Below, piece by piece: positions 6,631 to 14,185 of a stretch of DNA of 18,649 bases. The position numbers and the translations under genes were made by a program. How positions within the stretch are numbered: position 1 is the first letter of the stretch; every line of letters starts with the position of its first letter. The stretch is taken from NCBI GenBank assembly GCA_039714075.1, contig JBDLKA010000069.1:1-18649 (forward strand). The letters are read 5' to 3'. The notes beneath the pieces are model-generated. The model was not told where the DNA came from. It ran no database searches and was given only the letters and a program-made list of their open reading frames with translations. Source of the DNA: Candidatus Krumholzibacteriota bacterium. GTDB lineage: Bacteria; Krumholzibacteriota; Krumholzibacteriia; LZORAL124-64-63.

Positions 6631-8868
6631 ATGATCTCACTGATGTTTAACCGTTTCGGACCGTCCGTCTTTTTTCGCCTGGTCGCCGGCCCGGTGCTGA
6701 CGGTACTCGTTCTGGGCCTGATGCCGGGTGCCTCCCCGGCCACCGCCGAACAGGTAGCAACCGCAGCAACCGGACAGACGGAGCTGGCGCAGGAAATCAT
6801 CGACCTGATCCGCCGGGAACAACGGGACGAAGCACTGCCTTTGTGCCGGAACTTCAACGAACGCTTTCCCGGTGACCAGGCCATGCTTTACAACCAGGCC
6901 TGCCTGGAAAACATGACCGGGAGCCCCGAGACAGCCATCGCCACCTTCGCCAAGGCGGTGGCCGCGGGATTCGACGATTTCGCCCTGGCTTTCAGCGATC
7001 CGGACCTTGCCGATCTGAAAGACCATCCCGACATGATCGAGCTGTCCCGGCAGCATCAGATCCGCCTGTCGCGACTGGCCTCAGCCAAGGCCGAAACCCT
7101 TTCCTGGCAAAGCATTTCACCTCCCATCCCCCTAACCACAGGCTATAGCGACATCGCCCCGGGTGATCCGGAAATACGCCTGACCTGGACGCCGGTGGGT
7201 CTGGATATCGAACTGCTCGCCACCGGACGCTGGTCCGACCTGGGGGGGCCGGATAATCTGGCGCCCTGGAACGGGGGCTCCGGGCTGGTCCTGACGCTGG
7301 GGACCCTGGATCCGGATGACGAAGAATTTACGACCGCCAACTTTTTCATGTTCGCCTTCGGCCTGGAGAGCCGCACTCCGGTGGGCGCCATCTACCTGGC
7401 CGGCCAGGACCGCTGGCAGTCCCTGTCCGAACTGGTGCCGAAGATCAGGCAGGACGCCGCGGACAACCTGGAACTTCGGACCACGATCCCCTGGGCCAGC
7501 ATCCTGCCCTACAATCCCCTGGTGGAAGGCAGGCTGGGCTTCAACGCCGCCCTGCGTCTTGCGGACCCCGGCGGCCGACTTTCAGCCTCCCTGGTGCCGG
7601 ACCCCGCCACCTTCCGGCCCCGGTCCGCCGAGAGGCGTATCGCCCCGCTCCATTTCCAGGCCGCGTCCGTCGCCGAAGACGTGTTCATGGGCAAGGTGTC
7701 CAACACCATCAGTGGAACCGAACCGGTCGACATAGATCTGGTGGTGGTTTCCCGGGAAGACGGGCCCGGACTTTTGACCATCGACTTTTTGGGGGGACCC
7801 GAACAATCCCTGCTTCCCGAAGGACAGGCGAGCCAGTCGATCGAACTGGCCCGGGGTCTCAACCGGCTGACCCGCCAGGCGGATTTCTCGGACCTGAAGA
7901 CCGGCGCGTATGTCATCAAGGCCACATTGACGTTTCCTTCCGGCCGCACGCAGCCCTGGGGTTCCACGGTTCTCCAATTGGCGCCCGGGTGGCGCGAGGA
8001 ATTCGCCACGCGGATCGAACAGCTGAACGGGAAGGAAAGACCGACAGCCCTCTTCCACCTCGAAGCGATTGAAAAGGCGATAGCCGCCCATCACCCTCGC
8101 CGGGGACCCGGGGCCATCGTCACGACCATCAACGAGCTGGGCGGTCTGCTGGACAATGCGGAATCCGGCGGCTCGATCATGCCGGACAAGGGCTCCTTCC
8201 TGGCTGTCTACTCCGGCCCCGACGGGGACACGAGGGTTTGCCACGTCTATCTGCCGGCCCGTTGGAAAACAGCCGCCCGCCTGAACCCGGTCCTCATGCT
8301 CACCGCCTCGTCCGGCCTGGCCGGCGTCCTTGCCGACCGCATGGGCCAGAATTACGAGCAGGGCCGGCAGTTGCCCACCCTCAAGGCCGGATCCGACGAA
8401 GGGTTTCCCATCTATCTTGTTCCCCGCCTGGAGCCCCTTGTGAAGAGGGGCCCGGTGGATTTGACGGCAGAGGCCGCATCATCCCTGGCCTGGGCGCTGG
8501 ACACTTTCGAAACGTCGACTCTTTCGCTGGCCGGATCCGACCTGGGCGCCGCCGCCGCCCTGCAACTGGCCCGGGAACGTTCCGCCGCCCTGAAGGCCAT
8601 GATCATCTTTTCCGGCGGAAGCCTGGAGCCCTGGCCCCAGGCGAACCTCGATTTCATCAGGCAGCAACTGGCCGGTTTCCCCGGCGACATTCCGGTCTCC
8701 TGGGCGGACTTCATCAACGAAACCCGGTATGCCGGCCAAGGTCCCCTGATTCTCGAGGCGCTGCAGGATCTGGGCGCCGACATCGTGGAGGTGGAAAAGG
8801 TACGCGGCGGGCTGAATTTCACCCAGGCGGCCGACCGGACCGTCCTGTGGGCGGAGGGATTGCGCTGA
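6631..8868 (+). CDS. Secreted multidomain protein: TPR-like helical domain, CBM9/DOMON-like beta domain, degenerate alpha/beta-hydrolase-like C-terminus
   Basis: ATG 6631 follows AAAGGA; hydrophobic signal ending ...PATA. YNQAC...G..ETAIATFAKAVAAGF...DPDLADLK (TPR-type cap); ELRTTIPWASI...LGFNAAL (CBM9-like); VYLPARW...PVLML and LAGSDLGAAAA (hydrolase elbow-like). Domain calls are by motif resemblance only. Confidence 0.65.
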   Translation: MISLMFNRFGPSVFFRLVAGPVLTVLVLGLMPGASPATAEQVATAATGQTELAQEIIDLIRREQRDEALPLCRNFNERFPGDQAMLYNQACLENMTGSPETAIATFAKAVAAGFDDFALAFSDPDLADLKDHPDMIELSRQHQIRLSRLASAKAETLSWQSISPPIPLTTGYSDIAPGDPEIRLTWTPVGLDIELLATGRWSDLGGPDNLAPWNGGSGLVLTLGTLDPDDEEFTTANFFMFAFGLESRTPVGAIYLAGQDRWQSLSELVPKIRQDAADNLELRTTIPWASILPYNPLVEGRLGFNAALRLADPGGRLSASLVPDPATFRPRSAERRIAPLHFQAASVAEDVFMGKVSNTISGTEPVDIDLVVVSREDGPGLLTIDFLGGPEQSLLPEGQASQSIELARGLNRLTRQADFSDLKTGAYVIKATLTFPSGRTQPWGSTVLQLAPGWREEFATRIEQLNGKERPTALFHLEAIEKAIAAHHPRRGPGAIVTTINELGGLLDNAESGGSIMPDKGSFLAVYSGPDGDTRVCHVYLPARWKTAARLNPVLMLTASSGLAGVLADRMGQNYEQGRQLPTLKAGSDEGFPIYLVPRLEPLVKRGPVDLTAEAASSLAWALDTFETSTLSLAGSDLGAAAALQLARERSAALKAMIIFSGGSLEPWPQANLDFIRQQLAGFPGDIPVSWADFINETRYAGQGPLILEALQDLGADIVEVEKVRGGLNFTQAADRTVLWAEGLR

Positions 8869-8947
8869 GCCCCGCTTCCGAATAAACTCTGCGGGTCACG
8901 GGTAGGATCGCCCGTCCCCCACTCCCTGATCCCCTTTAGGAGGCGTC

Positions 8948-10207
8948 ATGCTATTCCTTCACGAGCGCAATTCCAGTGTCCGTGTGTTCCTCACCTTGCT
9001 GACCTGCCTTTTGACGGCCGCCGCCCTGCCGGCGCTTGGCGGCGAGGAAGTGATGAAGGAAGGCGTTCTCCACGTCGTCAACGGCGCCGAACCATCCGGC
9101 GGCCGCCAGACCATGGAACTCGAGGAACTGTGGCAGATCGGCGGTGAAGACGACGAAGAGACCGTGTTCGGGATCATCAACAAGGTCCTGATCGACGACG
9201 ACAACAACATCTACCTGCTCGATGCCCAGCTCTCGGAAATCAGCGTCTTCTCCCCCGAGGGGGAATTGATCAACACCCTGGGCCGCGAAGGCGACGGACC
9301 CGGTGAATTCAGGGGTCCCACGGACATGTGCTTCCTGCCCGACGGCACCATCGGCGTGCTGCAGGCCTTTCCGGGCAAGGTCATCAAGCTGAATCTGGAC
9401 AATACCTCCGCGGGGACCTGGCCCGTGGGCGATCCCACCCAGGGGGCCTTCTACATCATGCGGGGCCTGCGCGCGGGCGGCGGGTTGGTGGTGGCCGGCG
9501 GCACCGAGCAGCACGTCGACCAGGCTGAAGGAATCGTCGACCGGGAGACTTTCCTCAGCACCATTTCCACCGAAGGACTGCGCGACAAGACCTACTCCTC
9601 CAACACCGTGTCCTTCAAGTTCCAGGACCTGAAATTCGACGAAAAAACCCTCATCGACGGCGCCGACCGCCGCTTCGACGTCGGTCCGGACGGCCGGGTG
9701 GCGGTGGCTATCCCGCGCAACGGCTACGAGGTGAGCCTCTTCGCCCCCGACGGCACCCTGGAACGCGTCTTTTCCCGCGAATACGAACCCTGGGTGCGGG
9801 ATGAGCGGGTCGCGGGCATCTGGCAGAGAATCCTGGAAACGATCCGTGCCCAGCAGGCCCCAAACGCACCGGTCAGCTGGGAAGACACCGAGCCGGACGT
9901 CGAGTTCCTGCGCGTGGCCTCGGACGGATCGATCTGGGTCCTGAACAGCCGGGCCATGTGGACCGGGACACCGGACGCCTTCACTTACTATGATGTCTTC
10001 AGCGCCAGCGGGCACTTCGAGAAACAGGTTGCGGTGGTTTGTGAAGGCAATCCCCAGGAGGACATCCTGTTTTTCGCGGGCGACGACCTGGCCTTCATGA
10101 TCACCGGATTCTGGGATGCCGCCCTTTCGCGGTTCGGCGGCGCCGGCACCGACGATGACGAGGAAGAGGCCGAGCCCATGTCAGTCATCTGCTACCGGGT
10201 GAAATAG
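8948..10207 (+). CDS. Secreted beta-propeller protein (NHL/TolB-like, probably 6-bladed), paralog 1
   Basis: AGGAGG RBS; signal peptide; LEELWQIGGEDDE, NIYLLDAQLSEISVFSPEG, GREGDGPGEF and YDVFSASG motifs; ends PMSVICYRVK. Confidence 0.8.
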   Translation: MLFLHERNSSVRVFLTLLTCLLTAAALPALGGEEVMKEGVLHVVNGAEPSGGRQTMELEELWQIGGEDDEETVFGIINKVLIDDDNNIYLLDAQLSEISVFSPEGELINTLGREGDGPGEFRGPTDMCFLPDGTIGVLQAFPGKVIKLNLDNTSAGTWPVGDPTQGAFYIMRGLRAGGGLVVAGGTEQHVDQAEGIVDRETFLSTISTEGLRDKTYSSNTVSFKFQDLKFDEKTLIDGADRRFDVGPDGRVAVAIPRNGYEVSLFAPDGTLERVFSREYEPWVRDERVAGIWQRILETIRAQQAPNAPVSWEDTEPDVEFLRVASDGSIWVLNSRAMWTGTPDAFTYYDVFSASGHFEKQVAVVCEGNPQEDILFFAGDDLAFMITGFWDAALSRFGGAGTDDDEEEAEPMSVICYRVK

Positions 10208-10283
10208 AGCTGGTAAAATCCGTTCCGGGCGTTCTGGTAGTGGGACGCCCGGGCATACTGTTCCTTCAGCAAACGAGGCCCTT

Positions 10284-11546
10284 TTGATAAAGATTTCCCG
10301 CACGCCGACCCTCATCACCTGCCACGCCCTTGTCCTACTTCTCGGCATCGGGGGACTTTCCCCGGCACCGTCGGCCCTGGCCGAGATCCCGGTCGTCGCC
10401 AACGGCGACAATCCGGCCGCCGGCCTGGTGACAAAACAACTCGAGGAGATGTGGCGCATCGGTGGCGAGGACGACGAGGACAACCTCCTGGGTGTCGTCA
10501 ACCAGGCCCTGACCGACGACGAAGGCAACGTCTACCTGCTGGACGTCCAACTGGTCGAGGTCCAGGTCTTCGATCCGGATGGGATGTATGTCCGATCCCT
10601 CGGCAAGCGCGGCGACGGCCCCGGCGAGGTGCGGAACGCTTTCGGCGCCCTGTTTCTGCCCGACGGCACGCTCGGGCTGGTCCAGGGTTTTCCCGGCCGC
10701 ATCGTCAAGGTCGACCTGGAAGGATTGCCCGCCGGGGAAATGAGGCCCGGCGGTGACGATCCTTCCGCCGGCGGGTTTTTCGCCCTGCGCAGCGCCGCCG
10801 CAGTGGGCAACCATCTGATCCTGGGCGGAGCGAAAATTTCCCGGGGCGACAACTCGCGGACCGCCGTCAGCTTCATCGCCGCCCATGGCGCCGACGGCCT
10901 GGAAACGGCCCGCTACCTCGAAAAAACCGATGTCCGGGAGTTCCGCCGGGCGGAATTCTCGGAAAAGGACCAGTTCTTTCCCGGACAGGGCGGTTGGACT
11001 CTCGACAAGGAAGGACGGGTCTACGTGGCGCCGTCCAGGAACGAATACCGGATCGAGGTCCACGCCCCGGGCGGGGCCCACGAACGTACGATCACCCGCC
11101 AATACGACTCCTGGAAACGAACCGACGCCGAATCCGACCGGGCCCGTGAATTGATGATGCCCTTCCGGCGACGCAACAGAAACGCCATCAACGTCGTAGT
11201 GGAACCGACCGAACGTGATATCCTCGCCATGCGCGTGGACGACCAGGGCAATCTCTGGGTCCTGCCCAGCAGGGGGATCCAGGACCAGAATGAGGGCATC
11301 CACTCGACCTGGGACGTTTTCGACGGGTCCGGGGCCTTCGTCAACCAGGTCGCCTTCGCCTGCGAGGGTAACGGACGCAATGACGCGTTGTTTTTCCCGG
11401 GCGGCGGACTGGCCGTCCTGGTCAGGGAACACGCCGAAGCCATGTTCGCCTTTCGTGGCCGCGGGGCCGACAATCCCGACGCCCAGGAAGAGGAGGACGG
11501 CGAAGCGCTGCCCCTGGAAGTAATCTGTTACAAAATCCTGCCCTGA
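10284..11546 (+). CDS. Secreted beta-propeller protein, paralog 2
   Basis: TTG start after GAGG; signal peptide ending SALA; EMWRIGGEDDE, NVYLLDVQL..VFDPDG, GKRGDGPGEV and WDVFDGSG motifs; ends PLEVICYKILP. Confidence 0.8.
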   Translation: MIKISRTPTLITCHALVLLLGIGGLSPAPSALAEIPVVANGDNPAAGLVTKQLEEMWRIGGEDDEDNLLGVVNQALTDDEGNVYLLDVQLVEVQVFDPDGMYVRSLGKRGDGPGEVRNAFGALFLPDGTLGLVQGFPGRIVKVDLEGLPAGEMRPGGDDPSAGGFFALRSAAAVGNHLILGGAKISRGDNSRTAVSFIAAHGADGLETARYLEKTDVREFRRAEFSEKDQFFPGQGGWTLDKEGRVYVAPSRNEYRIEVHAPGGAHERTITRQYDSWKRTDAESDRARELMMPFRRRNRNAINVVVEPTERDILAMRVDDQGNLWVLPSRGIQDQNEGIHSTWDVFDGSGAFVNQVAFACEGNGRNDALFFPGGGLAVLVREHAEAMFAFRGRGADNPDAQEEEDGEALPLEVICYKILP

Positions 11547-11583
11547 GAAATCCGGGGCGCGGTATCAACGGGGGGAACCACCC

Positions 11584-12774
11584 ATGTCCAAGCGAATTTC
11601 CTTGCCGGAAACCTTCTTCTTTCTTTTGCTGGCGGCACTGATCACCGGCGGCGCCGCGGTCGCGGAACCGGACACGGCCGACCTGACCGAACTGTGGCGG
11701 GCCGGCGGCGAGGACGACGAGGTCTTTTTCGGGTCCGTGGCCGCCATCCGCACCGACAGCGAAGACAATATCCTGCTGCTCGACGGCCAGTTGTCCGAGG
11801 TGCACGTCTTTTCGCCCGATGGAGAACATCTGAGGACGGTTTTCCGTGAAGGGGACGGCCCGGGTGAAATCCGCCAGCCCAACGACATGTTCGTCACCGC
11901 CGACGGAACCGTCTGCGCCCTGTCGGGCTTCCCCGGGAAAATCGTCAAGGTTTCCGCCGACGGCACGCCCGCCGGCCAAGCGTCCTTTTCCCTGGGTGAA
12001 GGCGCCCAGGTCCCGATGGGAGTCCTGAACCGGGGCTTCGACATGCCCGAAGGCATCCTCCTGGTTGGCATCCGCATGGTCTTCAGCGGGACGGTCACCA
12101 CCCAGACCTATTTCCTGTCGCTTTGTACCGATGAGGGGGTTCAAAAAACCGCCCTGGTCGAAAAGAACAACGACATCGACTACAGCGATTTCGTGATGAC
12201 GGAAACGGGCCTGGATTTCGTCTGGAACCGGGTCGCCGTGGATCCGCAGGGAACGATCTACGTGGCTCCTGAACGCAACCAATATGAGATCAAGGTATTC
12301 GACCGGTCGGGCGCCGCGGTTCGTACCATTTCCCGCGCATATACCCAGGAGAACCGCGACAAGGAAGAGAAGAAGGCCGCCCGGCAGATTCTGGAAGCGA
12401 TCGCGGCCTACTATCCCCGCCCTCCCCACAGCTACACCACCGAAGAGACCCAGGCGGCCATCGCCGGCATGTGGGCCACCGATGACGGCCGGCTGTGGGT
12501 CCAGACCGGCGATGCCCACAAAGCCACGCCCGAGGGCAGTTGGATCGTGTTGGATGTCTTTGCTCCCGACGGGAAATTTGAAAAGCAGGTGGCCCTTCCG
12601 GGAAGCTATCAGGCCCGGCAGGACGCCCTTTTCGTGCAACCGGACGGCCGGATCATCGTAGTGGTGGGAGCGCTGGACGCCTTCCTGAACCAGCAGGCCG
12701 TCAGCAGTGATGAAGGCGGCGGTGAATCGACCGCGCAGCCCCTTGAAGTCATCTGTTATCGCATGGGTCCGTGA
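11584..12774 (+). CDS. Secreted beta-propeller protein, paralog 3
   Basis: Signal peptide ending AAVA; ELWRAGGEDDE, NILLLDGQLSEVHVFSPDG, REGDGPGEI and LDVFAPDG motifs; ends PLEVICYRMGP. Confidence 0.8.
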   Translation: MSKRISLPETFFFLLLAALITGGAAVAEPDTADLTELWRAGGEDDEVFFGSVAAIRTDSEDNILLLDGQLSEVHVFSPDGEHLRTVFREGDGPGEIRQPNDMFVTADGTVCALSGFPGKIVKVSADGTPAGQASFSLGEGAQVPMGVLNRGFDMPEGILLVGIRMVFSGTVTTQTYFLSLCTDEGVQKTALVEKNNDIDYSDFVMTETGLDFVWNRVAVDPQGTIYVAPERNQYEIKVFDRSGAAVRTISRAYTQENRDKEEKKAARQILEAIAAYYPRPPHSYTTEETQAAIAGMWATDDGRLWVQTGDAHKATPEGSWIVLDVFAPDGKFEKQVALPGSYQARQDALFVQPDGRIIVVVGALDAFLNQQAVSSDEGGGESTAQPLEVICYRMGP

Positions 12775-12787
12775 CCCGTTTTTTTTT
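12763..12787 (+). terminator. Possible weak intrinsic terminator overlapping the stop codon of propeller 3
   Basis: ATGGGTC-CGT-GACCCGT hairpin (7 bp including one G-U) followed by a T run to 12787; the loop is only 3 nt. Confidence 0.4.
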
Positions 12788-12815
12788 CAATACCCGCGGG
12801 TTTTTCCCGCCCTGT

Positions 12816-12837
12816 TCGTGACCGATCGTGACCGATC
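12816..12837 (+). repeat. Tandem 10-bp direct repeat upstream of the MFP gene
   Basis: TCGTGACCGA-TCGTGACCGA-TC, ending 16 nt before ATG 12854. Confidence 0.7.
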
Positions 12838-12853
12838 CCTGGAAAGGCTGACC

Positions 12854-14185
12854 ATGCAGACCCCCCTCGACGTTCGCCGTCCGCGCCGTACCGCGGCCGC
12901 CCTTGTCCTTCTTTCCGCCATCATCCCCCTGGTTCTGGCCGGCTGCCTCGGATCCGGCGGAGACGGCACCGAAGCCGATTCCACCGCCGCGGGCGACAGC
13001 ACCACCGCCGCCGCGGACACCAGCGGCACGAAGAAGAAGCCCAAGAAGGAAAAGTCCATCAAGGTGAACATCGGCGAGGTGCGTAGCGGCGACCTGGTTC
13101 TGCCCGTATACGCCGACGGCGCCATCCGCACCCCCCAGTCCGTGGTGATCAAGACCAAGGTGGGCGGTCAGCTGCTGGATGTCGTGGTCCGGGACGGCGA
13201 CAAGGTCCGCAAGGGTCAGCTGCTGGCGAAAATCGACCCGCGGGAATACGAGATCGCCCTGGAGGAAAGTCGCTACCGGCACCTGCAGGCCCTCAGCCAG
13301 ATGGCCGCCGAGGCCGACACTTTCCAGGTGAACCACCAGGCCGTCAGGGATTTCACCGATGCCCGGGACGAACTGGACAAGTTGCGGACCAAGGGCGCGA
13401 TCACGCGTGAGGAATACCAGAACCGTCTGCTGGAACTGGAGATGGCCGCCCTGCAGAAGGGCGCCTTCCGCGAGGCCGTCTTCCAGCAGCGCACCGGCCT
13501 GGCCGAAGCCCGCATGGCCGAAGAAAGGGCCAAGCTGAACCTGGAATACACGGAGATCCGCGCGCCGTTCGCCGGCATCGTGCAGGGATTGACCGTCGTG
13601 GACGGGGAAATCGTGGCCACCGGCGCGGCGGTCTGCACCGTCTTCAACAACGAGCAGCTCGAGGCCGCGGTGAACATCCTGGAAGCCGACCTGGGCCACC
13701 TGACGCCGGGTCGTCCCGTGCTGATGGCCGTGCCTGCCACCGACGACACCCTGCGCGCGGTGGTCGATGTGATCAGCCCCACCCTTGATCAGGCGACCCG
13801 CACGTGCGAGGTCCTGATCCGCTTCGCCAATCCCGAGGGACGATTCCGCCCGGGCATGTTCGTGCGCGCCCAGATCGCCGGCGTGGTCTTCAAGGACAAG
13901 CTGCTGGTCCCCCAGGCCGCGCTGCTGATCCGCGACAACCGGCCCCTCGTCTTCAAGAAGGAAGGCGACCGGGCCCGCTGGCTCTACGTGGACATCGGAC
14001 TGGAAAACGAGCAGTGGGTGGAGATCCTGAAGGTGCACAGCGGCGGTTCGCTGAGCCCCGGCGACGAGGTGGTCGTCAGTGACCACCTGACCCTGGCCCA
14101 CGAAGCCAAGATCAAGGTGCGCAAGCGGATACCGCCGGTCGACAAGTGGGATTTCGCCAACTTCGGTGAGGTCGCGGCCCAATGA
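12854..14185 (+). CDS. RND efflux periplasmic adaptor (membrane fusion protein), lipoprotein
   Basis: ATG after GAAAGG; lipobox LAGC; lipoyl half-motifs GDKVRKGQLLAKID and TEIRAPFAGIV; NPEGRFRPGMFV, LLVPQAAL and LSPGDEVV. The track start at 12707 overlaps the upstream gene and is unlikely. Confidence 0.93.
   Translation: MQTPLDVRRPRRTAAALVLLSAIIPLVLAGCLGSGGDGTEADSTAAGDSTTAAADTSGTKKKPKKEKSIKVNIGEVRSGDLVLPVYADGAIRTPQSVVIKTKVGGQLLDVVVRDGDKVRKGQLLAKIDPREYEIALEESRYRHLQALSQMAAEADTFQVNHQAVRDFTDARDELDKLRTKGAITREEYQNRLLELEMAALQKGAFREAVFQQRTGLAEARMAEERAKLNLEYTEIRAPFAGIVQGLTVVDGEIVATGAAVCTVFNNEQLEAAVNILEADLGHLTPGRPVLMAVPATDDTLRAVVDVISPTLDQATRTCEVLIRFANPEGRFRPGMFVRAQIAGVVFKDKLLVPQAALLIRDNRPLVFKKEGDRARWLYVDIGLENEQWVEILKVHSGGSLSPGDEVVVSDHLTLAHEAKIKVRKRIPPVDKWDFANFGEVAAQ

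Noticed and set aside
4240..6650. 378-aa and 425-aa plus-strand ORFs
   Set aside because: Antisense to the lipoprotein and PhzF genes, with no recognisable features.
12854..12900. RRPRR in the MFP signal peptide as a Tat motif
   Set aside because: Lacks the S/T-R-R-x-F-L-K consensus; better read as the basic n-region of a Sec lipoprotein signal.
8951..14182. Long minus-strand ORFs (354, 365, 405, 477 aa)
   Set aside because: Each mirrors a well-supported plus-strand gene (propellers or MFP).
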